In this document: in pieces, positions 6,749-14,895 of the stretch
How the letters are laid out: every line of letters begins with the position of its first letter
Numbering within the stretch: the first letter of the stretch is position 1
Notes under the pieces: model-generated
The model's input: only the letters and a program-made list of their open reading frames with translations
Told to the model about the DNA's origin: nothing
Databases searched by the model: none
Made by a program: the position numbers and the translations under genes
Source of the DNA: Patescibacteria group bacterium
GTDB taxonomy: Bacteria > Patescibacteriota > Gracilibacteria > UBA1369 > UBA12463
NCBI GenBank assembly: GCA_038062935.1
Contig: JBBTWG010000030.1
Coordinates: forward strand, 1 to 40,651
DNA length: 40,651 nt
Direction of reading: 5' to 3'

Positions 6749-7936
6749 TCAAGCCGGGTCCAGGACGAAGATTTCTCGGCCGACGTTCTGGTCTGGGCGG
6801 TCGTAGAGGAGTGTTTTGCGGGTTGGGTGATAGCCGGCTTTTGTGATTTCGGCTTCGCTTTTGGTTTTTTGGATTTCTGTGAGTGGGAGGAGCTCTCTCA
6901 TAATGAAGCCGTTTTTTTTGATTTCTTCGTGGATTCCTGGGATGAAGAAATCTTTTTGGATGGTTTTGTGGAAGGGGAGTGCGAAGACGATCGGGACGCC
7001 GAAATGGAAGAGTTTTTTCAGTGCGTCTTTGTAGAGCGGTTCGAGTTTTCTTTGTGTTTGGATGGCTTCCTGTTCGGTTGGTTTTTTGTCGAAGACGGGG
7101 CCGAGATAGGACTCTGCGACGATGAGATCTGGAGGCTGGGGGATATCCGATATTTCGATTTTTGTCGCATCTTTCAGGAAAATTTTGACGACTTGATCTG
7201 CAGCGCCTTCCATATTTTTGTTCGTGCCTTCGATGGCTTTGTCGCTGATGTCGGAACCGATGACTTTGTAGCCCATGTGGATGGCTTCGGTGAGCACTCC
7301 GCCGCTGCCGCAGAATGGGTCGTAGACAATACTTGTGTGCTCGTCGTCGCTTTTGTAGGCGCCTTTCGCAGGTACGCCTGCGAGGTTGACCATCATTTGT
7401 GCGAGTTTTGGTGGGAGCATGCCGGATCCGGAGTCTCTGAATGTTTTGCCGTAATCTCGTTCGCTGTAGGCTCGGAAATTTTGGACGGCTCTGATTTTTG
7501 TTAATTCAAAGCCATTTTTTGTATCTCCGATGACTTCGAAATGTTCGCCTTTTCCTCCGATGTATTTTTCTTGATAGCGGCTCTTGATTCCTTCCTCGTT
7601 TAAGTTTTTTTTAATTTTTTGTAATGTTTTTTTTATGTTTTGTTCATCTCGAGCTGCTAACGTTTCGGTAGTTACGGAGAAGAGCATCTTTTTTCCGTCA
7701 TTTACTTTCTTGATTTCTTCGATGATTTTTTCTTCTGAAAATTCACCCAGGCTCTCTGCGATTTTTCTTGTTCCGCCGAGGTTTTCCAGGATTTTTTCGA
7801 GATCCGGTTCTTTGGTGAATTTCACTTCTACTATTTTTTCACCCATTTTTTCTATGGATTTTTCTCCGAAAACTGCGACGAGTTCTGCGAGTGAGATGAG
7901 TTCTTTTCTGCCGAGAAAGAAGATGTATTTTTTCAT
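6749..7936 (-). CDS. SAM-dependent methyltransferase, UPF0020/Trm11-like putative RNA methylase
   Basis: The 395-aa ORF has LPPKLAQMMVNLAG and motif I VYDPFCGSGGVLTEA..IGSDIS. Motif IV is divergent (AESYLGP instead of DPPY). Confidence 0.65.
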   Translation of the reverse strand: MKKYIFFLGRKELISLAELVAVFGEKSIEKMGEKIVEVKFTKEPDLEKILENLGGTRKIAESLGEFSEEKIIEEIKKVNDGKKMLFSVTTETLAARDEQNIKKTLQKIKKNLNEEGIKSRYQEKYIGGKGEHFEVIGDTKNGFELTKIRAVQNFRAYSERDYGKTFRDSGSGMLPPKLAQMMVNLAGVPAKGAYKSDDEHTSIVYDPFCGSGGVLTEAIHMGYKVIGSDISDKAIEGTNKNMEGAADQVVKIFLKDATKIEISDIPQPPDLIVAESYLGPVFDKKPTEQEAIQTQRKLEPLYKDALKKLFHFGVPIVFALPFHKTIQKDFFIPGIHEEIKKNGFIMRELLPLTEIQKTKSEAEITKAGYHPTRKTLLYDRPDQNVGREIFVLDPA

Positions 7937-8127
7937 TCTGGGCGTCAGTATACTGGCAGTTTTCTTTTTCGGCTACTGTATCGGGCTGAATGGCTTTTTT
8001 GCCCGAAATCACTTCGATTTCCAGTTCACGCAAAAAGACATTAATGCAGACTTTCCTTAGATGAACGTCAATTGTTTTTTTCTCTTGAGTTTGCTACATT
8101 TTTTATACTCTTTAAACAACTTTTTTT

Positions 8128-8607
8128 ATGGCAATGTCTTTGAATCGAGTGCAGCTGATTGGTAATCTCACTCGTGATCCTGAGAGTCGACAGATTCCTG
8201 GAGGTCAGATGGTGGCGACTTTTTCGATTGCGACAAATTATACTTGGACCGATCCTGCTGGTCAGAAGAAGGAAAAGGCGGAATTTCATAATATCGTGGC
8301 ATGGAGGAAGCTCGCGGAAATTTGCACCCAATATCTCCGAAAAGGTGGAAAAGTGTTCGTGGAAGGTCGCATGCAGACTCGTGAGTGGGAAGGTGAGGAT
8401 GGTGTGAAGCGTTCGAAAGTGGAGATCGTGCTCGACAATATGATTATGCTCGATCGACGAGGAAATCCTGCGGAAGGTGGCTCGGCCTTTGGTGCGGCTG
8501 CTGAACCTCGACAACATCAGTCTGTTGATGAAAAGATGGATGCTCCGCAATATGCTTCTTCTGAGCCAATGGCGCAGGAGGTCGCGATCGACGATTTACC
8601 ATTCTGA
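8128..8607 (+). CDS. ssb: Single-stranded DNA-binding protein
   Basis: LNRVQLIGNLTRDPE...FHNIVAWRKLAE...GRMQTREWE OB fold, with an acidic C-terminal tip DDLPF. Confidence 0.92.
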   Translation: MAMSLNRVQLIGNLTRDPESRQIPGGQMVATFSIATNYTWTDPAGQKKEKAEFHNIVAWRKLAEICTQYLRKGGKVFVEGRMQTREWEGEDGVKRSKVEIVLDNMIMLDRRGNPAEGGSAFGAAAEPRQHQSVDEKMDAPQYASSEPMAQEVAIDDLPF

Positions 8608-8626
8608 AAAATCAACGCATAGGAAA

Positions 8627-8671
8627 GAAGGCATTTGTCACTCCTGTAGTATAGAATGAACAAATGCCTTC
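8627..8671 (+). terminator. 12-bp stem hairpin after ssb (no U tract)
   Basis: GAAGGCATTTGT (8627-8638) pairs with ACAAATGCCTTC (8660-8671), with a 21-nt loop. There is no downstream T run, so an intrinsic-terminator role is uncertain. Confidence 0.35.
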
Positions 8672-9157
8672 AAGACTGCGTTTCTTCGATGAGATTTCAT
8701 CTGACACTTTTTTTGCGAGTGCAGGAGATCATGCATCGAGTGCAGTAGGTGACGAGTAGCGACGATTTCCTCGAACCCCCGTGTTTGAACGGTGTTCCCC
8801 ACTGTTCTTTGGTGTCTTATTTTTTGACGTGAACACCTACGTCCTTTTGTTTTTGTTTTTTCGCCCTCTCGAAAGAGAAACGAATTTTTTTGTATTTTTG
8901 TTTTTGTAGGTGCAACCTTAGAAAAGTTGCGGCAGGCATTCGTCGTGCCTGTAATCGAAAAGTAGGGGGGAGGGTTGCCGAAGTTTTGTGATTTCTTGAG
9001 AAATCCACCTTCGTACTTTTTGTTTGCGTGTTGTGAAAGAACGTATTCTGGGTATTGTACCATTTTTTAGCTTTGGCTTCAAGACCTTCTATGCTATATT
9101 CTTCGAGCCTTTACGCGTCTTTTTGAAATCACATCATTGTACAATAATACTTCGACA

Positions 9158-9745
9158 ATGTCAAATACTCAGAAAGGACTTTTGGTACTCATTGTGGGAC
9201 CCTCTGGATCCGGGAAGGGAACGGTTGTTTCTGCCCTGAAAAAACGGCATCCAGACTACGTTTTTCCTGTTTCTGCTACCACGCGTGATCCACGCCCGAG
9301 CGAGGTGGATGGTCAGGTGTATCGTTTTATTTCCAAAGAAAATTTTGAGCAGGGGATCGACGCTGGTGATTTTTTGGAATGGGCTGAAGTCCATAAGAAT
9401 AATTACTATGGAACACCAAAACAGCCGATTCTTGACGCTTTGGATGCCGGGAAAGTCGTCGTGCGTGAAGTTGATATCCAGGGATTTTTGTCGATTCGAC
9501 AGGTTATTTTGAGGGAGGAACTTGTTTCAATTTTCCTGTTGGTGAAAGATTTGAACGAATTAAAATCTCGCATTCTGAGGCGCGGAAAGATGTCTGACGA
9601 AGAAATGGCTCGCCGCATGGTGAGTGCCGAGAAAGAAATTGCCGAAGCGTATAAATGTAATTATCGCGTTGAAAGTCCGCAGGGACAGATTCCGAGGATC
9701 GTGGAGGAGGTGGAGGGGATTATTGAGAAAAGTCGAAGAGTGTAG
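9158..9745 (+). CDS. gmk: Guanylate kinase
   Basis: GPSGSGKGT P-loop, SATTRDPRPSEVDGQVYRF and EWAEVHKNNYYGT. The track start is a TTG at 9137; the first ATG is at 9158. Confidence 0.9.
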   Translation: MSNTQKGLLVLIVGPSGSGKGTVVSALKKRHPDYVFPVSATTRDPRPSEVDGQVYRFISKENFEQGIDAGDFLEWAEVHKNNYYGTPKQPILDALDAGKVVVREVDIQGFLSIRQVILREELVSIFLLVKDLNELKSRILRRGKMSDEEMARRMVSAEKEIAEAYKCNYRVESPQGQIPRIVEEVEGIIEKSRRV

Positions 9746-9771
9746 ACACTTTTTCCTTTTCACTTTATAAT
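9743..9771 (+). promoter_or_regulatory. Sigma70-like promoter for tRNA-Gln (TAGACA-17-TATAAT)
   Basis: TAGACA at 9743-9748, TATAAT at 9766-9771, with the tRNA starting at 9802. Confidence 0.4.
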
Positions 9772-9801
9772 TTTGCCCGCAATTGGCTCTTTTTGATACG
9801 T

Positions 9802-9875
9802 TGGGGATTCGCCAAGTGGTAAGGCACCGCCCTCTGGAGGCGGCATCGGGGGTTCGAATCCCTCATCCCCAGCCA
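9802..9875 (+). tRNA. tRNA-Gln(CUG)
   Basis: The 74-nt cloverleaf has acceptor UGGGGAU/AUCCCCA, anticodon stem CCGCC/GGCGG and loop CUCUGGA. T arm GGGGG-UUCGAAU-CCCUC, G73, encoded CCA. It closely resembles E. coli tRNA-Gln. Confidence 0.9.
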
Positions 9876-9985
9876 TAGGATTGGCATCGAGCGAAGCTCG
9901 AGGATAATCCTATTGATTGGAAATGGAGGGTGAGAAGTTTATACCCCGCAGCGAAGCGAAGGGGTAAATCCCTCATCCCCAGCCA
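9857..9985 (+). repeat. 19-bp direct repeat of the tRNA-Gln 3' end (9857-9875 and 9967-9985) bracketing a 91-bp insert
   Basis: AATCCCTCATCCCCAGCCA occurs twice, exactly 110 bp apart. The insert has two GCGAAGC mini-hairpins and a TAGGATT...AATCCTA inverted repeat. Confidence 0.8.
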
Positions 9986-9997
9986 AAATTCAATATC

Positions 9998-11281
9998 ATG
10001 CTTTCCGTATCGACCATCCAATACCTCGAAACTCTCCCGCGCTTCGCCGCGAAGCCTGGTCTCGAAAGGATGCAGAAAATTTTGGAGTTTCTTGGCAATC
10101 CTCAGCAGGATTTGAAATATGTTCACGTGACTGGGACCAATGGAAAAGGTTCTACGAGCGCGACGATCGAGTCAATTCTGCGCCACGCTGGTTACAAAAC
10201 TGGGCTTTTTACTTCGCCTCATCTTTTTGTATATAACGAACGCATCAAAGTGAGTGCTCAGGATATTGCTGATGATGATTTTTCGAAAAATTTGGATCGT
10301 GTCAAAGTGGTTGTTGAGCGCATGGTTCGTGAAGATGAATCTATGAAACCTGCTTTATTTGAAGTTTTACTTGCAGTGGCTTTCTTGCATTTTCAGCAGC
10401 AGAAGGCTGATGTAGTGATTTTGGAAGTTGGAATTGGTGGTCTTTTGGATCCGACGAATGTTATTGATGGACTTGTGACGGTGATTACGAATGTTGATTT
10501 GGAGCATATGGAAATTCTTGGGGATACAAAAGAAAAAATTGCTGAGCAGAAGGCGGGTATTATTAAAAAAAGTGCGGTTGTTTTGACTGCTGATCAGGAT
10601 ACTCGCGTGATTGATATTATCGTTCGCACTGCACGGGAGCATGATGCTCAACTTTTTCTTCTCAAGCCGGAAGATGTTCACTTAACGCATCAGAGTCTCG
10701 AAGGTCAGGTTTTTGATTTTGGTTCTTATAAAGCACTCCACATTCCGTTCCTGGGAAATTACCAAATGTCGAATACAGCTCTGGCTGTTTTGGCTGCTGA
10801 GTCGCTCCGAAAATTTGGTTTTCAGATTGATGAACAGGCAATTCGTGATGGGCTTCGCAGTGTGCATTGGCCTTTGCGACTGGAAATGGTTCATCAGAAT
10901 CCTGCGATTCTCATAGATGGTGCTCATAACCTCCATGGAGTTCGAACTCTGCATCAGGTTCTCCATGATATTTTTCCAGAGCGTCGTAAAATCCTCGTTT
11001 TAGGAGTGTCTTCTGATAAACCATATCGCGAAATGGCTCGTCTTTTGGCAGAGGAGACTTCGGTTGTGATCGTTACTCAAGCTCAATATCGTGCAGCTCG
11101 CTGCGAAGATCTCGCAGAGAGTATTGCTGATTTGAAAAAGGAAATGTATCTCACTTCTGACGTGAAGGAGGCTTTATTGAAGGCGAAATTTTTGGCAAAG
11201 GAAGATGATTTGATTCTGGTGCTCGGCGGACTTTATCTTGCAGCCGAGGCTCGAAAAGCGGTTGATGAGATTTTTTCTTAG
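9998..11281 (+). CDS. folC: Folylpolyglutamate synthase/dihydrofolate synthase family (Mur ligase) protein
   Basis: GLERMQKILEFLGNP, VHVTGTNGKGSTSA and FTSPHL are present, over a 427-aa length. Confidence 0.85.
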   Translation: MLSVSTIQYLETLPRFAAKPGLERMQKILEFLGNPQQDLKYVHVTGTNGKGSTSATIESILRHAGYKTGLFTSPHLFVYNERIKVSAQDIADDDFSKNLDRVKVVVERMVREDESMKPALFEVLLAVAFLHFQQQKADVVILEVGIGGLLDPTNVIDGLVTVITNVDLEHMEILGDTKEKIAEQKAGIIKKSAVVLTADQDTRVIDIIVRTAREHDAQLFLLKPEDVHLTHQSLEGQVFDFGSYKALHIPFLGNYQMSNTALAVLAAESLRKFGFQIDEQAIRDGLRSVHWPLRLEMVHQNPAILIDGAHNLHGVRTLHQVLHDIFPERRKILVLGVSSDKPYREMARLLAEETSVVIVTQAQYRAARCEDLAESIADLKKEMYLTSDVKEALLKAKFLAKEDDLILVLGGLYLAAEARKAVDEIFS

Positions 11282-11320
11282 TTGTGTGCTGCGCCTCATT
11301 TCCTGTGATACTCTAGATTC

Positions 11321-11890
11321 ATGAATATTCAATCCGCAAAATTTCTGAAAAGTGTGGTTGGCCCCGACGTCCTTTTCGAGGATGGGAGGCCGCAGATTGC
11401 TTTTATTGGGCGGTCGAATTGTGGCAAATCGAGCACGATTAATGCTTTGACGAAGCAGGGTGGTTTGGCCAAGACGAGCGCTTTTCCTGGGCGAACGCAG
11501 CAGATGAACGTTTTTTTGGTCAATCAATCTTTGTATTTTGTGGATCTTCCTGGTTATGGTTTTACGAAAACTTCTGCAGAGGGTCGGGAAAAACTGCAAC
11601 AATTAATTCATTGGTATTTGTTGAATTCGCGATATGAGCAGAAAAAAGTTGTGCTGATCGTCGATGCCAACGTGGGTTTGACGCGCGAAGATTCACAGAT
11701 GCTCTATAGTCTCGAAGAAAAAGGAAAAGATATTATTATTGCGGCGAACAAGATTGATAAAATCAAGAAATCGGAATATGTGAAAAAGCTGCAGAAGATC
11801 CAAGACGAAGTTGGTGAACATGAGATTGTTCCCTATTCTGCCGAGAAAAATATTGGCGTGAAGGAGTTGGTGAATGCGATTCTTGCGTAG
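11321..11890 (+). CDS. engB: Ribosome biogenesis GTPase YsxC/EngB
   Basis: IAFIGRSNCGKSSTINALT, FPGRTQ, VDLPGYGF and NKIDK are present. Confidence 0.9.
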   Translation: MNIQSAKFLKSVVGPDVLFEDGRPQIAFIGRSNCGKSSTINALTKQGGLAKTSAFPGRTQQMNVFLVNQSLYFVDLPGYGFTKTSAEGREKLQQLIHWYLLNSRYEQKKVVLIVDANVGLTREDSQMLYSLEEKGKDIIIAANKIDKIKKSEYVKKLQKIQDEVGEHEIVPYSAEKNIGVKELVNAILA

Positions 11891-11894
11891 ATTT

Positions 11895-12296
11895 CTATAA
11901 ATTGACCGGTCTTCTCTGCTCTTTGATTTCGCCTCTATGCGCTTTGTCGTGTAGAATTTTTTCTTTGGCGCGTTTGGAACGTTTTTGTTTTTGCTTTTTA
12001 ATTTTGTAGATTTTTTGTGCCAGATCTGACTTTTTTCCTTCGATCCGTTCTTCGATTTTCAGAATAAGAAGTTTGTATGCGGAGATTCGGTTTTTACTTT
12101 GTTCTCGGTGTTTTTGGCATCTCACGATAATTCCGGTTGGGATGTGCTTGAGCATGACGCAGCTGGAAGTTTTGTTGATTTTTTGTCCGCCTTTTCCGCT
12201 GCCGGTGATGAACTGTTCCGTGATGTCGTGCTGAAAAACACCGAGTTTTTCGGCTTTTTCGAGGATGTGTGGTGGGAGTTCGATGAAGAAACTCAT
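11895..12296 (-). CDS. arfB: Peptidyl-tRNA hydrolase ArfB-type ribosome rescue factor (RF-1 domain, GGQ)
   Basis: The 133-aa ORF has GSGKGGQKINKTSSCV and a Lys/Arg-rich C-terminal tail. Confidence 0.8.
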   Translation of the reverse strand: MSFFIELPPHILEKAEKLGVFQHDITEQFITGSGKGGQKINKTSSCVMLKHIPTGIIVRCQKHREQSKNRISAYKLLILKIEERIEGKKSDLAQKIYKIKKQKQKRSKRAKEKILHDKAHRGEIKEQRRPVNL

Positions 12297-12316
12297 ATGG
12301 GTGGATTATATACCTC

Positions 12317-13024
12317 TTATTGTGAGATTTCTCCAAAAATCCAGAGTGCTCCTATGATGACAGGGATGTGTACCATGTATGTCATCAGTGAATGTTTCCC
12401 TAAAAATGTTATTGGTGTGAGGATTTTTGGCATTTTCATGTTTGTGGTTTTGAATTTTTCTTTCATGATATTTCCTAAAAACATTCCACTGAAAATAATG
12501 CTTATCCATGGGAAAATTGGAAAGTAGTCGAGTCCCGGGAGATGATAGGATTGAAAACCTATGATGTAGAGAAAAATGTTGGTTGTTGTGATTTGCCCCA
12601 TCCCTTCTCCTATGATGAACGCTCCGATTCCTAGAAAAAGGTTGATGTATTTTTTTTGTGAGAGTGGTGCGATCAGTATGATGCTGGTTCCTATGAAGTG
12701 AAGGATTCCAAATTTTACGAATGTTTTTGGATCGAAAATATAGGTGACGATGCTTATGATGGCTGCGAGGCCGAGAATTTTGAGGCCGCGAAAAATGTGT
12801 GTTTTGTATTTTTTTCTACTGAATGTAAGTGTAACTCCGATAAGTCCTATGAATGTAAATTGGATGAAACGTTCGAAAATGAGCCAGGAAAATCCTTCCA
12901 GTGGCCCGTACCCTACGGTGAAAAAATTGAATATGAAAAAAGTGTGAAACACAATCATCCCAATGACAGCGAATCCGCGCAAAAAATCAATTTGCCAGAG
13001 GCGAATTTGTTTTTCGTCATTCAT
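12317..13024 (-). CDS. DUF1624 / heparan-alpha-glucosaminide N-acetyltransferase-like membrane protein
   Basis: RLWQIDFLRGFAVIGMIVFH N-terminus, polytopic membrane profile. Confidence 0.65.
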   Translation of the reverse strand: MNDEKQIRLWQIDFLRGFAVIGMIVFHTFFIFNFFTVGYGPLEGFSWLIFERFIQFTFIGLIGVTLTFSRKKYKTHIFRGLKILGLAAIISIVTYIFDPKTFVKFGILHFIGTSIILIAPLSQKKYINLFLGIGAFIIGEGMGQITTTNIFLYIIGFQSYHLPGLDYFPIFPWISIIFSGMFLGNIMKEKFKTTNMKMPKILTPITFLGKHSLMTYMVHIPVIIGALWIFGEISQ

Positions 13025-13143
13025 ACTTTAGAGTATATCAGGAGTGTTGCTAGAATCTCTCCGAATTCAGCTTTATTTGTACACAAAACTTGTGTTATTT
13101 TTTCAATATGGTATCGTCTCTTTCTCTTAAAATAACTTTTATT

Positions 13144-13371
13144 ATGAATCAAGTAAATTCACAAGATCTTGTTAGCGTTGTTGATGCTTTGGCTCAGCGT
13201 GCTATTGCGGCTACATCCGATGAATTTGCAAGATTTGGAGTTGTTGAAATTCCTGATGCTCTTGCGAAGTTGCATGTTCCTTCTTCATATAATCTTTTAG
13301 TGCTGGTTCGTTCTGCACTTGCTGAATTGCGCTTGGGATCTACAGCTTCTCCAGATCAAGCGTCTCAGTAA
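13144..13371 (+). CDS. Small hypothetical protein
   Basis: ATG at 13144 (MNQVNSQDLVSVVDALAQRAIAA...); the track ORF begins at 13090. It overlaps the 3' end of the convergent ABC-F gene by 32 nt and has no motif. Confidence 0.3.
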   Translation: MNQVNSQDLVSVVDALAQRAIAATSDEFARFGVVEIPDALAKLHVPSSYNLLVLVRSALAELRLGSTASPDQASQ

Positions 13372-14833
13372 TCTCCACCTGTTCCACGAATTCTGGCATG
13401 TGTGAGACGAGGATGATGGCGCCTTCGAACTCGTCGATCGCTTTTGCGATGATTGGGAGATGTCGGAAATTGATGTGATTGGTTGGCTCATCGAGGATGA
13501 GAAGTCCTGGTTTTTGCAGTACGAAACGTGCGTAGCAGAGGAGGCCTTTTTGTCCTTCGGAGAGAAATCCGACTTTATTTTTCATGAGTTCGGAAGTGAG
13601 TAGGAAGTGTGCGCCGGTGGCGTAAATTTCTTTTGCTACTGGATAATCCATCATCTCTCCGAGTGAATCGAAGACGGTTTTTTCGAAATCGAGACCGGAG
13701 AAATCTTGCTGATAGTAGCCAACTTTCACACCTTCAGTGATGACTGCACCTTTGGACTCACTGAGTGCGAGGTCTTTGAGGAGTGTGCTTTTTCCGATGC
13801 CGTTTGGTCCGACGATTTGCAGGCGATTGCGACGCCAGAGTTTCAAATCACATTTTTTTTCGATACGTTTGTGATTTAGGATGACTCCTACGGAAGCAAT
13901 TTTCACAACTACGTCGGAACATGGTTGTGCGGGAATGATGAAGTTGCGAATAGTTTTGTCGTCGCGTCGGACGTCGACCATATTTTCTTCATCCTCAGCA
14001 ACTTCTTCGCGAAGTTTGCTCGCGAGTTTGCGCATTTTTCCTCCTTTGTGAGCGAAGAAATTGACTTTGTCTTTGCGATCCTGAATGTTTCTCTCGAGTT
14101 GTGCATTTTTTCTTTGTTCACGTTCGATCTGTGCCGCGATTTGTTCGACGACATCGAAATAGTTTCCCACGTATTGTTCGACTTTTTTGGTGTACACATC
14201 GAGGTTCAAAACTCCGTCAGTGAATGCATTCAGAAATCCTGCGTCGTGAGAAATGACGATGACGGTTTTTTCGTACGTCATCAGAAATCCGGTGAGATGA
14301 TCGATGCCATTGGTGTCGAGATTGTTGGTCGGCTCGTCGAGGAGGAGGATGTCTGGCTCCTGAATCAACGCATATGCAAGCAATAATCTTGCGAGCTGTC
14401 CTCCTGAAAAGTCTTTCACTTTTTTATCGAATGGTGCTGAGAGATGGACGACTTCGAGAACATCTTTGATGAGTTTTTCGATGTTATATTTTTTTTCTGA
14501 GAAAGCACTTTCGAAATATTCTTGGACAGTGTGTTCGAAGAATTTCTTTGGCATGACTTGGAGTGCGATGCCGATTGATGCACCATCACGGATATGTACA
14601 TTTCCGGATTTTGGCTGGAGAGTGGCATCTTCTGGCAGACCTTCTTCGTTTACCATATTCGAAGCTCCTAGGATGAGTTTGAAAATTGTGCTTTTCCCAG
14701 CACCGTTCTGTCCCATGATCGTGATCTTCGCATTTTCACGAACCGAAAAACTACTTTCGTCGAGAATTGGTTTTTCTTCCTCGTATGAAAACGAGACCTG
14801 ATCAAAGCGAATAATGACGTTTCCGTGATCCAT
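13340..14833 (-). CDS. ABC-F family ATPase (two nucleotide-binding domains, no transmembrane domain)
   Basis: Walker A GQNGAGKST and GPNGIGKST, signatures FSGGQ and LSEGQ, plus a charged linker between the NBDs. Confidence 0.9.
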   Translation of the reverse strand: MDHGNVIIRFDQVSFSYEEEKPILDESSFSVRENAKITIMGQNGAGKSTIFKLILGASNMVNEEGLPEDATLQPKSGNVHIRDGASIGIALQVMPKKFFEHTVQEYFESAFSEKKYNIEKLIKDVLEVVHLSAPFDKKVKDFSGGQLARLLLAYALIQEPDILLLDEPTNNLDTNGIDHLTGFLMTYEKTVIVISHDAGFLNAFTDGVLNLDVYTKKVEQYVGNYFDVVEQIAAQIEREQRKNAQLERNIQDRKDKVNFFAHKGGKMRKLASKLREEVAEDEENMVDVRRDDKTIRNFIIPAQPCSDVVVKIASVGVILNHKRIEKKCDLKLWRRNRLQIVGPNGIGKSTLLKDLALSESKGAVITEGVKVGYYQQDFSGLDFEKTVFDSLGEMMDYPVAKEIYATGAHFLLTSELMKNKVGFLSEGQKGLLCYARFVLQKPGLLILDEPTNHINFRHLPIIAKAIDEFEGAIILVSHMPEFVEQVEITETLDLEKL

Positions 14834-14895
14834 GGAGCAGCTTTGTTAAGATAATCGGCTTGCAGCCTACCGTAATCGTCTGATAATTTCAACGT

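Noticed and set aside
8638-9063. 141-aa minus-strand ORF in the ssb-gmk spacer
   Set aside because: The sequence is highly basic and low-complexity (KTKIQKNSF..., KTKTKGRRCSRQKIRHQR) with no motif. The region is reported only as an unexplained spacer.
8608-9157. RNase P RNA, SRP RNA or 6S RNA in the long spacer
   Set aside because: I could not find GAGGAAAGUCC-type P4 sequences or the SRP domain IV GGAA/AGCA motifs on either strand. A covariance-model search would be needed to exclude them fully.
9863-10126. Minus-strand ORF 9863..10126 and + ORF 9930..10115
   Set aside because: They overlap the tRNA-Gln 3' end, the duplicated att-like repeat and the well-supported folC N-terminus.
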